A stretch of 64,000 bases of DNA from an uncultured Syntrophales bacterium. GTDB taxonomy: Bacteria > Desulfobacterota > Syntrophia > Syntrophales > JADFWA01. Positions 52,409 to 61,576 of this stretch are shown piece by piece (within the stretch, counting starts at the first letter, position 1; each line of letters opens with the position of its first letter). The DNA is taken from positions 65,464-129,463 of the forward strand of contig CAYVXX010000001.1 in NCBI GenBank assembly GCA_964454305.1. The letters are read 5' to 3'. The notes below the pieces were generated by a model. It was not told the DNA's origin, ran no database searches, and saw only the letters and a program-made list of their open reading frames with translations. A program made the position numbers and the translations under genes.

Positions 52409-53353
52409 CTATCGCCCGTTGAAAAAATGCGCGGTTTTTTCAAGGGAGGCGGTATCTTCAACATTTAACAATTTGATACTTCTATCTATTCTCCTTACGA
52501 GGCCGGAGAGTATTCGCTTCGGACCAATCTCAACTATGGTGTCAATCCCCATTTCTGCCATTTTTTCTATCGTCTCCTGCCATCTGACAGGAGAGCTGAT
52601 CTGTTTTATCAAAAGCTCTCTGGTAGTATCCTTTGAATGGAACATCTCAGGGTTGAAATTGGGAATAACGGGAATTTCACAATCTCTCAATTCGACCTGG
52701 CGCAGATTTGTTTCAAACATATCAGCCGCCTTATCCAACAGACTGCAATGACAGGGAACACTGACAGACAGTTTGATTACTCTCTTTGCCCCCTCCATCT
52801 TTGCCCTGGTCATTGCTTTCTCAACGGCAGTCGAGTGACCGGAGATCACAATCTGTTGATCAGTGTTGAAAATCGCCGCAGAAACCAGACCATCATCTCC
52901 ACTGATATCATGACATATCGTTTCCACCTGTCCTTTACTCAGACCTATGATCGCGGCCATGCAACCGGCACCTGTCGATACTGCCTCCTTATGATATTTT
53001 CCCCTCGCATAAACAAGCTCCAGGACATCGGCAAGATCAATAGCTTCTGCAGCATAGAGGGCACCATATTCCCCGAGACTGAGACCTGCCATCGCGATTG
53101 GTTTAACCCCAACCTCTTCTTTGAATACTTTGTATGCTGCAATATTTACCGCCAGAATAGTGATTTGCGTATTTGTCGTCAGATCGAGTTCTTCCTGGGG
53201 ACCATCAAAGCAGAGTGAGGCAATATCAAAACCGAGGATTTCGTGGGCTTCGGCAAAAAAATCTTTTACCGTCTGAAAATTACTGTGTAAATCGCGACCC
53301 ATCCCGACATATTGTGCTCCCTGCCCGGAGAAGACAAGACCTACTTTATGCAT
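52409..53353 (-). CDS. fabD: Malonyl-CoA-ACP transacylase
   Basis: FSGQGAQYVGMG and the GLSLGEY active site. Confidence 0.9.
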   Translation of the reverse strand: MHKVGLVFSGQGAQYVGMGRDLHSNFQTVKDFFAEAHEILGFDIASLCFDGPQEELDLTTNTQITILAVNIAAYKVFKEEVGVKPIAMAGLSLGEYGALYAAEAIDLADVLELVYARGKYHKEAVSTGAGCMAAIIGLSKGQVETICHDISGDDGLVSAAIFNTDQQIVISGHSTAVEKAMTRAKMEGAKRVIKLSVSVPCHCSLLDKAADMFETNLRQVELRDCEIPVIPNFNPEMFHSKDTTRELLIKQISSPVRWQETIEKMAEMGIDTIVEIGPKRILSGLVRRIDRSIKLLNVEDTASLEKTAHFFNGR

Positions 53354-53382
53354 GATTTCCTCTCAAGTTTTACTACTGTCTC

Positions 53383-53568
53383 TCAAGAAATCTTTTCGAT
53401 GGGGACAACTTCCCGTCCCTTATAGGTACCACAGTGGGAACAGGCACGATGTGGCAACTTCGGCTCATTGCACTGGGGGCACAGAGAAGTTGCTGGTTGT
53501 GTGAGAAAATCATGAGATCTTCTCTTGTTTCTTCTTGTTTTTGAGTGTCTTTTGACTGGATTTGGCAT
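53383..53568 (-). CDS. rpmF: 50S ribosomal protein L32
   Basis: MPNPVKRHSKTRRNKRRSH...CPQCNEPKLPHRACSHCGTYKGR. Start at Met14 of the ORF. Confidence 0.9.
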   Translation of the reverse strand: MPNPVKRHSKTRRNKRRSHDFLTQPATSLCPQCNEPKLPHRACSHCGTYKGREVVPIEKIS

Positions 53569-53602
53569 GAAATATCCTCTTTTAAAATTAGTTTGATACA
53601 CT

Positions 53603-53773
53603 CGCAAAAGTCAGTTTTCTTCGCTCAGAACCACTTTGGGGATGCTGTTATTGCCCGGCTAAAAATCTAAAACTCGTGCTTATGCACTCAAACAGTTAGA
53701 TTTTCTTAACGCCGGTCACTACCACCATCTTTTCCCCAAAATGCTTGAATTCGCTCTGAAAAGACTTTTTGCG
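53603..53773. repeat. Long imperfect palindrome (~80-nt arms) between yceD and rpmF
   Basis: The left arm cgcaaaagtcagttttcttcgctcagaaccactttgggga... matches the reverse complement of the right arm ...tccccaaaatgcttgaattcgctctgaaaagactttttgcg. The centre is gtgc-ttat-gcac at 53676-53687. Confidence 0.65.
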
Positions 53774-53806
53774 AACTTGTCAAGTTTATCATTAATTGTA
53801 AATTTG

Positions 53807-54355
53807 TTATTTCTCTTTTAAAACCTTAACATTCTTTAAAACGGCAAGCCTGAAATCAACCGCATTCACCTGACATTGACAGGTTTCTTCATTAAGATTC
53901 ACTCCACAATGCTGACAGAGCCCCTTGCACAAATCACTGCAAAGCGGTTTAATTGGGATCTGAAGCAATATTTGCTCAAAAATAACCGGGCCCAATTCAA
54001 TAACGTCATTTTTGTAATAGCCGGATAAGAGGTCTTCGCTGGTCAATTCTACTTCTTCTTCAAACTGTTCTTCAAACTGTTCCTCAGCAGGGGAGAGAAT
54101 ATATTGAAACTCGGCTTTTATCGGGAAGGTAAACCCTTCCAGACATCTACAGCACTCCAGATCGACCACCGTTTTTGCTTTAACCTCAAGGGACACAGTT
54201 TTACCGACTTTTTTTACTGAAAGGCAAACATCGACCCTATGAAGGGGGAAAACAGGTCTCTCCTCCTCTGGCAATACTTGACGGAACCAATCCCCATCTT
54301 TGAAAAACTCAAGATCAAGCCCCTCTTCCGGTATATTTCCTACCTTGATCTTCAA
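53807..54355 (-). CDS. yceD: YceD/DUF177 family protein
   Basis: The C-terminal CxxxC...C motifs (CSDLCKGLCQHCGVNLNEETCQC) and the conserved position upstream of rpmF. Confidence 0.8.
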   Translation of the reverse strand: MKIKVGNIPEEGLDLEFFKDGDWFRQVLPEEERPVFPLHRVDVCLSVKKVGKTVSLEVKAKTVVDLECCRCLEGFTFPIKAEFQYILSPAEEQFEEQFEEEVELTSEDLLSGYYKNDVIELGPVIFEQILLQIPIKPLCSDLCKGLCQHCGVNLNEETCQCQVNAVDFRLAVLKNVKVLKEK

Positions 54356-54542
54356 AATTTACCCTCTCTTTTTAGAGAAGAAGTCCTTATATCAAGAAAG
54401 GTACATAATAGCTAATTAAAAATCACTATTGTTGTCAAGAAAAATCTCCTCATAAAATTCCTCACCTTATAAAAACCAACTTGACAAAAGTCAGACATAA
54501 GTCATATTAAGGGTCAGTTATAAAATAAATGGTGTATGGAAA

Positions 54543-55958
54543 ATGCCTAAAAAAGAAGCTAAAGGCGTAAGAACAAGATTTGCCCCGTCTCCCACCGGGG
54601 TTTTACACATCGGGGGTGCGAGAACAGCCTTATTCAACTGGCTTTATGCCAGGCATAACGGTGGAAAATTCATCCTCAGAATAGAGGATACCGATCAACT
54701 CCGCTCGACAGAGGAATCTACTAAGGCCATTTTAGACGCCATGAGGTGGCTCGGCCTTGACTGGGATGAAGGCCCCTTCTTCCAGACTGAAAGGGTCGAG
54801 ATCTACAGGGAGATGGTACAAAAACTCTTAAATGAGGGGAAGGCATATTACTGTACATGTACCGCGGAAGAGTTGGGAGAAAAGAGGAAAAAGGCGCTTT
54901 CAAATGGGGAAAAACCGAAATATGACGGCAAATGCCGGGACAAAAATCTTGGCAAGACTGCAAATTCAGTAGTCAGATTCAGATGTCCGCAAGTTGGTAT
55001 TACGATTGTTAGTGACCTCATTAAGGGCGGCATCCGTTTTAATAATGAAGAACTGGACGATCTGATCATTGAACGGAGTGATGGATACCCCACGTATAAC
55101 TTTGCCGTTGTTGTTGACGATGCACAAATGGGGATTACCCATGTTATACGTGGTGATGACCATCTCAATAATACACCGAGACAGATTCTTCTCTATGAAG
55201 CCCTGGGGTGCAGGCTGCCCGAATTTGCACATGCGCCGATGATCCTGGGAGCCGACAAGGCACGGTTAAGCAAGCGCCATGGCGCAACATCGGTCATGGA
55301 ATACAAGGAGATGGGGTATCTCCCGGAAGCCCTTGTCAATTATCTGGTAAGACTCGGCTGGTCTCATGGGGATCAGGAAATATTTTCCCTCGATGAGCTG
55401 GTTGATTTATTTACTCTCACTGTGGTCGGCAAATCTGCTGCGGTCTTTAATCCGGAAAAACTCCTCTGGCTTAACCAGCATTATATAAAGGAATATACCA
55501 CCGAGAGACTTACTCGGGAATTAACTCCTTTTCTGGAAAAATCAGGCCTGGACACGTCAGACAAAAACTTGGTGAAGAAAGTCGTCCTTGATCTGAAAAC
55601 CAGATCAAAGACCCTTGTCGAGATGGCAGATTCAGGAACATTCTACTTCGAGGACGAAATAGACTACGAAAAGGCGGCCGCAGATAAATTTCTGAAGGTT
55701 GAGTTTGCAGAACACATGGAGGCCGTCATAGAAAACCTCCACCTCCTGCAGGATTACACAGAAGAAGGGATTGAAAATTTGCTCAGGGAAATCGCAAAGG
55801 AAAGGGATACAAAGCTGAAATTCATTGCCCAACCGATAAGAGTTGCCCTCACAGGTAAAACCGTGAGCCCTCCCATTGATCAGGTTATGATAACCCTGGG
55901 GAAAGAAAAGGTTACTCAAAGAATAAGAAAAGCGTTGGACTTCATAAAAAATCATTGA
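54543..55958 (+). CDS. gltX: Glutamyl-tRNA synthetase
   Basis: RFAPSPTGVLHIGGARTALFN (HIGH) and RLSKRHGA (KMSKS equivalent). Confidence 0.95.
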   Translation: MPKKEAKGVRTRFAPSPTGVLHIGGARTALFNWLYARHNGGKFILRIEDTDQLRSTEESTKAILDAMRWLGLDWDEGPFFQTERVEIYREMVQKLLNEGKAYYCTCTAEELGEKRKKALSNGEKPKYDGKCRDKNLGKTANSVVRFRCPQVGITIVSDLIKGGIRFNNEELDDLIIERSDGYPTYNFAVVVDDAQMGITHVIRGDDHLNNTPRQILLYEALGCRLPEFAHAPMILGADKARLSKRHGATSVMEYKEMGYLPEALVNYLVRLGWSHGDQEIFSLDELVDLFTLTVVGKSAAVFNPEKLLWLNQHYIKEYTTERLTRELTPFLEKSGLDTSDKNLVKKVVLDLKTRSKTLVEMADSGTFYFEDEIDYEKAAADKFLKVEFAEHMEAVIENLHLLQDYTEEGIENLLREIAKERDTKLKFIAQPIRVALTGKTVSPPIDQVMITLGKEKVTQRIRKALDFIKNH

Positions 55959-56024
55959 AGTTTCCTGCGACAAAGTAAACACTATCTGCGAATTAGCAGA
56001 ATATGACATTCAAGGTATAATGTT

Positions 56025-56948
56025 ATGATACTTTTTGTCCCGTTAGATAAAGAAAGTGGAAGAAGAACTTTTTGGATATTTTTTGCATTGTGTTCCATTC
56101 TTCCCTTACTAATCATGATCTTTTTCATTTTTTATTATATTCTGCCTGTCCTCGAACCTGGCCAGACTGACAACTTAACGAACACATTTATATATGCTCT
56201 TTCTTCCATGTCTATTTTCCCCTTCCTCTGTTTCCTCCTGATGTCTCGCTGGATGAGATCACTGGAAGCCTTGACAAAAGAAGTTAAGGAAAAATCAATT
56301 CAGATAACAGGAGAAAAGAAGAAATTTAAAGAAGAAAACGAACTCATAACTCTCAAACATCTTTTCAATGAACTGTACGGTGAACTTCAAGGTAAAATAA
56401 GTCAACTAAGTGAATATTCAGATAATCTAATTGATTCCAGCCTTGAACTTTCAGCACTTGCTATAATAGATGACTTAACTACTTTATATAATCGCCGCCA
56501 TTTTGATTTACGGTTGGCTGAGGAAACAAACAGGGCAAAGAGGTACCATCTTGAACTTTCACTCATCATGCTCGATATCGACGATTTTAAAGAATATAAC
56601 GACTCACTTGGTCACCAGACTGGCGACAATTTATTAAGGAAATTAGGACTGTTGATTCGAAAATCCTTGCGTAAATCGGATATTGCTTTTCGTTACGGCG
56701 GTGATGAATTTGCCATCATTTTGCCGGAATGTGGTATGAAGGAAGCAGAGGTTGTAAGTAATAAATTAGCTAATATCATTTCAGATTACCAGTTTGATGA
56801 TCTGAAAAAAACAAATTTCAGCAAGGTAACGATTAGCTGTGGTGTGGCTTGTTATGCGCAGAGTTCAAATTTGGAGGAATTTGTCAGAAAGGCCGACAGC
56901 TTATTATTGAAAGCAAAGGGGGCAGGTAAAGGACGTGTTATGTGTTAA
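56025..56948 (+). CDS. Membrane-anchored diguanylate cyclase (GGDEF)
   Basis: Two N-terminal TM segments, a coiled region, DDLTTLYNRRHF and the RYGGDEFAII active site. Confidence 0.85.
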   Translation: MILFVPLDKESGRRTFWIFFALCSILPLLIMIFFIFYYILPVLEPGQTDNLTNTFIYALSSMSIFPFLCFLLMSRWMRSLEALTKEVKEKSIQITGEKKKFKEENELITLKHLFNELYGELQGKISQLSEYSDNLIDSSLELSALAIIDDLTTLYNRRHFDLRLAEETNRAKRYHLELSLIMLDIDDFKEYNDSLGHQTGDNLLRKLGLLIRKSLRKSDIAFRYGGDEFAIILPECGMKEAEVVSNKLANIISDYQFDDLKKTNFSKVTISCGVACYAQSSNLEEFVRKADSLLLKAKGAGKGRVMC

Positions 56949-57088
56949 ACAGAAAATAATACTTGAGCTCATAATCAATAAAATATGATCCCGGCTCTTA
57001 GACTAAAGCGTAAGAAATTAAATCTTGACATCTCAAGATTATTTGTCTATGCGGTATCACTCAAAAGCACCTTCAAAAGCACCTTTAT

Positions 57089-57162
57089 TGGGGGATCGTC
57101 TATCGGTATGACTCGGGTCTCTCGAATCTGCTACTCGGGTTCGAATCTCGGTACCCCAGCCA
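57089..57162 (+). tRNA. Atypical tRNA-like gene: Gln-type body (UGGGG...ACCCCAGCCA) but anticodon loop CU-CUC-GA
   Basis: A hand-folded cloverleaf. The acceptor is TGGGGGA/TACCCCA with a G6-A67 mismatch. The D arm is GTC-N9-GAC. The anticodon stem is CGGGT/ATCTG (two G-U pairs) and the T arm is TCGGG-TTCGAAT-CTCGG (two G-U pairs). The anticodon-arm sequence resembles a copy of the T arm. Confidence 0.5.
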
Positions 57163-57163
57163 T

Positions 57164-57238
57164 GGTCCCATCGTCTAGGGGTTAGGACGCTGGCCTCTCA
57201 CGCCGGAAACAGGGGTTCAATTCCCCTTGGGACTACCA
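57164..57238 (+). tRNA. tRNA-Glu (anticodon CUC)
   Basis: GGTCCCATCGTCTAGGGGTTAGGACGCTGGCCTCTCACGCCGGAAACAGGGGTTCAATTCCCCTTGGGACTACCA is collinear with the canonical bacterial tRNA-Glu. The anticodon loop is CT-CTC-AC. Confidence 0.85.
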
Positions 57239-57240
57239 GA

Positions 57241-57280
57241 AAAAAAAGGGTTAGCCGTTATGACGGTTATCCCTTTTTTT
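57241..57280 (+). terminator. Intrinsic terminator after the tRNA pair
   Basis: GGGTTAGCCGT / ACGGTTATCCC stem followed by T7. Confidence 0.75.
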
Positions 57281-57448
57281 GTGTGACTACAATGTGATCA
57301 TGCGATGACCAAGCTGTGAAGCTCCCAAACCACAGGGCGGGGCTTCCCGGTAAGGCAATCGAAGATTCATAAGCGAATAATCGGAGATAGTGAGCTGTTG
57401 CGAACAATATGTTTGTTTTATATTGCGCCCCTTACCCCTCCTACAAAA

Positions 57449-57480
57449 GGCGGGGCTTGCGGGTGCGCTCCCGGTCAAAA
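57449..57480. repeat. GGCGGGGCTTGCGGGTGCGCTCCCGGTCAAAA motif, copy 2
   Basis: Near-identical to 60273-60304 and similar to 424-455. It abuts the stop codon of the hydrolase gene. Confidence 0.7.
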
Positions 57481-58695
57481 AAGCTCATCCAGCCAGTCCA
57501 GGTAGACTGCATTTGCAAAAGACAGATTGCCTACCTGGCAGTGGGAATCGGCTCCTTCTTCCTGAGTGAAAAGACGGGATGCAACCGGGCCGGAAACCCC
57601 ATCACAGAAGACTTTGAACTGTCTTTGCGGTTCTACCCCCTCGCCGATCCCGGCCATCGCGAAACATGGACATGAAATATCTTTCAGAGCTTCTCCAACA
57701 CTGAATTGACGCATATATTGGAACGTCTTCTTAAATGATGGCTGGCCGAAGCGGCCCATCAGGTTCCCGGCAAGCTCCTTCATCTGGATTGGCATCACCT
57801 CCTCAGGAATTTCCGGTAAATCCTGAGGTCTAAAGTCTTCATCGTCTGGCATCTCTGCCGGATCAAGGCCAACGAAACCAATCATATATTTGTGGAGATC
57901 AATTATCGGAGAATTGGCTACAAGCGCTTTTATTCGAGGCTCACGGGACACAGCACGAGTTGCGAAGTATCCACCGAAGCTTATGCCCAGCAGCGCTATC
58001 CGTTTGGTGTCCACATCGTTCCTGCCGGTCGCATAGTCGAGCACCGTGCTGACAGGGTTTTCAAAATCCGGCTCAAAAAACGTATCCGGGTGAAACCGTA
58101 GGGTATCCATCTGTCCGGGTCCGGCGAAGAAAATGATGTTGAACCCTCGTTTCAGGGCGGCATAGCCCGTCTGAAGATACTCTTCTTCCGTGGTACCATC
58201 AAAACCACTGACGATCATAAGAGTTTTACGTTTTTTGCCATCTTTTGACGGAGACATAAAGTATAAGGGCAGGGTAATATTTCTAAAGGGAAGGTCTTCC
58301 GATTCAAACGTATGATCGGCAAACTTCATTGCTTCCGCAAAGCACTCTCGGCTTTTAATGCCCAGTTCTCTATGCACGGGGTCCCGGTAATTTGTGTAAT
58401 ATTCAGCGGCACGATAAGAGTTACATGCTTTTAAATACTGCTCGCGTGCACTGATCCTGTGGCCTTTTACGGCTCTCTCATCGGCATCTGTCTTCTGCAT
58501 CTGTGCCAGCTTTGCAAATTCTTCTACCCAGCTCGACGGAATGCCGTCTCTGATACGTTCTACAATAGCCAGACACTCGCCGACGGATGCTCCGCCGTAA
58601 GCAGTCGATCCAAGTTGACGAATAAGCTGAAAATCCATCTCGGCATCACTGAAACCTTTTACCCTCGTCTTGCTCCGCTCTGTCTCTGACCCCAT
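57475..58695 (-). CDS. Alpha/beta hydrolase (FrsA/DUF1100-like esterase family)
   Basis: The nucleophile elbow LLGISFGGYFA. 406 aa. Confidence 0.7.
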   Translation of the reverse strand: MGSETERSKTRVKGFSDAEMDFQLIRQLGSTAYGGASVGECLAIVERIRDGIPSSWVEEFAKLAQMQKTDADERAVKGHRISAREQYLKACNSYRAAEYYTNYRDPVHRELGIKSRECFAEAMKFADHTFESEDLPFRNITLPLYFMSPSKDGKKRKTLMIVSGFDGTTEEEYLQTGYAALKRGFNIIFFAGPGQMDTLRFHPDTFFEPDFENPVSTVLDYATGRNDVDTKRIALLGISFGGYFATRAVSREPRIKALVANSPIIDLHKYMIGFVGLDPAEMPDDEDFRPQDLPEIPEEVMPIQMKELAGNLMGRFGQPSFKKTFQYMRQFSVGEALKDISCPCFAMAGIGEGVEPQRQFKVFCDGVSGPVASRLFTQEEGADSHCQVGNLSFANAVYLDWLDELF

Positions 58696-58712
58696 TATTC
58701 CAGTTCCTTATT

Positions 58713-60002
58713 TCACTGATAAAAACTAATCTTGTCTATCCACATTTTCCCTTTTACCGGGGGGTTATTCAAACTGGGAAGACCTATTGATACAATCTCA
58801 ACACGGTCAAGACGCAACACCTGATCTCCATATTTTGCGCCATACTTTTCAGCGCCTTTCTTTATCCATCTCCTTCCAATCGTTAAACTGTCAAATGGTA
58901 TTCTTACCTTTTTCCACTGTGTGTCTGTATCAAAATTTCCTGTCCATGCATCCATACTATTAGGATCATCCGGATTTGATGTCGCAATCCAAAACGTACC
59001 GGTAAGCAACCGAGTTGACTTCACGTAAAATTCCACTCCACTGTATAAATACAGATCCCTTTTCTCCCTGTTTTCTGCCCTGGCAAAGACCATGTCAGAT
59101 CTTTCTTTAAAATTAAACTGTAATTCCAGAGAATGCCTGGAATCTCCAGCTCCCTCGGCAGTAGCCAGACCGACACGAAAACCGCCTCTCCTTTTATAAC
59201 CTGTATTCCACGAAGGATCGACAACATCTGATTCAAAATCCGCATTCAATGGTCCGGAGTCTCTCATCTCCGAAGGTCTGAACAATTTTGTCTGCATTGT
59301 AATTGCAGCCACGGCCTGCCCTGTCTTTACATTCAAAAGCCTGAGGTTTATATCCCATTTTCCTCTCATTTCTGCCAGTGTTCCTGTAAGTATCAAGTCT
59401 GCCATTTGCAGTTGACCAACCTTATCCATAGATGACTTGCTCATGAGGCCTGTCATGCCTAATTTAAGTTCATCGATGATTGTTTTCAGCTTTGCCCTCT
59501 CAACAACGTTGAAATGACCGGAATCAATTAGTGCAGATGTCAGTTTTTCAAGTGTAACCCTTCCGGCTTCTTTTTGTTTGCCTCGAATTACTTCGAAATC
59601 CACAATTGCAATTGTCTTTTGGGGAATTTTCAAATTTACGGTGGAACCGACAGGATAGGACATGGGTTTTTTCAGCAAAACCTTGACGATATTTCCATGT
59701 ACTTCTTTCACGACCACCGATGTACCTTCAATTTCTGTTGTGAGCTCTTCGATGAAAAGTCCTTTTCGAATAACCTGTTGGGCTATCTCGCCGATAAACG
59801 GATCTGCCGACTTTTTGAATTCGGGCAAATGTAGCGTTAAGACAATTTCATCGTCCAAGACATTCTGCACTGTCGCTTCAATATAAAGCTGTTCGATTTT
59901 TTCGGATTCCTTTGAAGTCTGCATGGCTGCACATGAACAAAAGAGAAAGGCGGTGATCATGGTAGTAATGAAAAATACATAACAATGTGTCATCTTTTTC
60001 AT
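58713..60002 (-). CDS. Lipoprotein with CsgG/LpoB-like N-domain and CIA30/CBM-like C-domain
   Basis: The lipobox is LFCSCAA. IAIVDFE...HFNVVERAKLKTIIDELKL...ADLILTGTLAEM resembles CsgG-type lipoproteins. The C-terminal domain assignment is weak. Confidence 0.5.
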   Translation of the reverse strand: MKKMTHCYVFFITTMITAFLFCSCAAMQTSKESEKIEQLYIEATVQNVLDDEIVLTLHLPEFKKSADPFIGEIAQQVIRKGLFIEELTTEIEGTSVVVKEVHGNIVKVLLKKPMSYPVGSTVNLKIPQKTIAIVDFEVIRGKQKEAGRVTLEKLTSALIDSGHFNVVERAKLKTIIDELKLGMTGLMSKSSMDKVGQLQMADLILTGTLAEMRGKWDINLRLLNVKTGQAVAAITMQTKLFRPSEMRDSGPLNADFESDVVDPSWNTGYKRRGGFRVGLATAEGAGDSRHSLELQFNFKERSDMVFARAENREKRDLYLYSGVEFYVKSTRLLTGTFWIATSNPDDPNSMDAWTGNFDTDTQWKKVRIPFDSLTIGRRWIKKGAEKYGAKYGDQVLRLDRVEIVSIGLPSLNNPPVKGKMWIDKISFYQ

Positions 60003-60272
60003 ACGATCTTCCCCCTTCGAGCAAGTTGTGATTTGTGTAAACTAACAAGAATTGTAGTCAATAAAAACCATAGACGCAAGGAAAAACCAGGTAAAAATTT
60101 GAGACTCCCCGCAACAAGTTGCGGGGAATGTGCTCACTGTTCAGTTCAAGGTATTACTTTATGCAAGTTGTATGGGTGACCGAATAGTGACAGTGTATGA
60201 CAAATGCCTCAAATTTTTTGAGTGATGGGTTTTATCCCGGCATTATTCGACACTTGGCACAGTATCAAAAAA

Positions 60273-60304
60273 GGCGGGGTTTGCGGGTGCTCTCCCGGTC
60301 AAAA
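60273..60304. repeat. GGCGGGGTTTGCGGGTGCTCTCCCGGTCAAAA motif, copy 3
   Basis: See 57449-57480. Confidence 0.7.
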
Positions 60305-60307
60305 TAA

Positions 60308-60345
60308 AAGGGCTAACCCTCTTCAGGTTAACCCCTTAATTTTTC
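60308..60345 (-). terminator. Intrinsic terminator of the tpiA-secG-tRNA-Leu unit
   Basis: AAGGGCTAACC / GGTTAACCCCTT hairpin. On the minus strand it is followed by TTTTATTTT. Confidence 0.65.
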
Positions 60346-60348
60346 TTA

Positions 60349-60435
60349 TGGTGCCGAAGCCCGGACTTGAACCGGGACGGGCGTAACCCACTACCCCCTC
60401 AAGATAGCGTGTCTACCATATTCCACCACTTCGGC
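60349..60435 (-). tRNA. tRNA-Leu (anticodon GAG)
   Basis: The reverse complement is GCCGAAGTGGTGGAATATGGTAGACACGCTATCTTGAGGGGGTAGTGGGTTACGCCCGTCCCGGTTCAAGTCCGGGCTTCGGCACCA. It has a long variable arm and the anticodon loop TT-GAG-GG. Confidence 0.85.
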
Positions 60436-60470
60436 ACGATACGGAGTATCGGGAGCGGACCCCCGAGCTA

Positions 60471-60800
60471 CTATTGCTTTGTGTTCTGAGGGGTATTTCC
60501 AGTTCCGCCTTGATCGTTGGGAACCGTTTGTTCAACTGCCGGCCTGGCAGACCCCTCCATAACTGAACCCTTGTGAGTATAGGAGTAAGCAAGCCATAGA
60601 GACGTTATCATAAAGACCGCGGCAATGACGGCTGTCACTTTTCCAAGAAATGTTCCCGGCCCACTGCTTCCGAAAATAGTCTGACTTGATCCACCACCGA
60701 ATACAGCTCCCATGTCCGCCCCTCTTCCTCTCTGAAGGAGAACAATGAGAATCAACATTATGCATGCAACAACATGCACAACAGCTAAAAATACATACAA
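60471..60800 (-). CDS. secG: Preprotein translocase subunit SecG
   Basis: LLQRGRGADMGAVFGGGSSQTIFGSSG, the typical SecG pattern. Confidence 0.9.
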   Translation of the reverse strand: MYVFLAVVHVVACIMLILIVLLQRGRGADMGAVFGGGSSQTIFGSSGPGTFLGKVTAVIAAVFMITSLWLAYSYTHKGSVMEGSARPAVEQTVPNDQGGTGNTPQNTKQ

Positions 60801-60826
60801 TTTAGGAATACCTCTTTATCTTTAGA

Positions 60827-61576
60827 TTAGAATTTTACGACCTTAATAAATTTTTCAACATCCAGACTCGCCCCTCCAACAAGGGCACCATCTATATCCG
60901 GCTGACTCATAAGGTCAGCTATATTATCCGGATTGACGCTTCCCCCGTAAAGGATCATCGTCTTCCCGGAAACATCTGTCCCATGAATCTCTGTTATCAT
61001 GTTTCGAATAAAACTATGTACTTCCCCAGCCTGATTAGGTGTAGCCGTCCTACCCGTACCAATAGCCCAAACCGGTTCATAAGCGATAATTATCTGCCTT
61101 ATATCATCAGACGCAAGATCAATCAATCCATCTTTCAGCTGTTTTTGAATAACGGCAAACGTCTTTCCCGATTCCCTCTCATCCAACGTTTCCCCTATGC
61201 AGAATATTGGCCTCAGGTTGAACTTCAGGGCAATTTTTATCTTCCGATTTATGTCGCCATCGCTCTCATTAAAAAGGGCCCGGCGTTCAGAGTGGCCTAT
61301 TATAACATACTTACAGCCAACATCAACCAACATCACGGCGGATACTTCACCTGTATACGCCCCTTTTTCGTCCCAGTGAAGATTCTGGGCAGAAAGATGA
61401 ATGGCAGATTCCCTCAACACTTCCGCTACAGGATAAAGTGATGTAAATGGCGGTGCAATTACGATATCGCTGTTAGCAGATTCGGAAATTTTGCCAATCA
61501 GCTGATGTGCAAAATCGACAGATTCCTCGACCGTTTTATGCATTTTCCAGTTTGCAACCATACAGGGTTTTCTCAT
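60827..61576 (-). CDS. tpiA: Triosephosphate isomerase
   Basis: VANWKMHKT, IIGHSERR, AYEPVWAIGTG. Confidence 0.95.
   Translation of the reverse strand: MRKPCMVANWKMHKTVEESVDFAHQLIGKISESANSDIVIAPPFTSLYPVAEVLRESAIHLSAQNLHWDEKGAYTGEVSAVMLVDVGCKYVIIGHSERRALFNESDGDINRKIKIALKFNLRPIFCIGETLDERESGKTFAVIQKQLKDGLIDLASDDIRQIIIAYEPVWAIGTGRTATPNQAGEVHSFIRNMITEIHGTDVSGKTMILYGGSVNPDNIADLMSQPDIDGALVGGASLDVEKFIKVVKF

Noticed and set aside
52637-53218. 193-aa plus-strand ORF
   Set aside because: It is antisense to fabD (the GQGAQ and GLSLGEY motifs are on the other strand).
56985-57185. 66-aa plus-strand ORF
   Set aside because: It overlaps the two tRNA sequences, so the coding interpretation is implausible.
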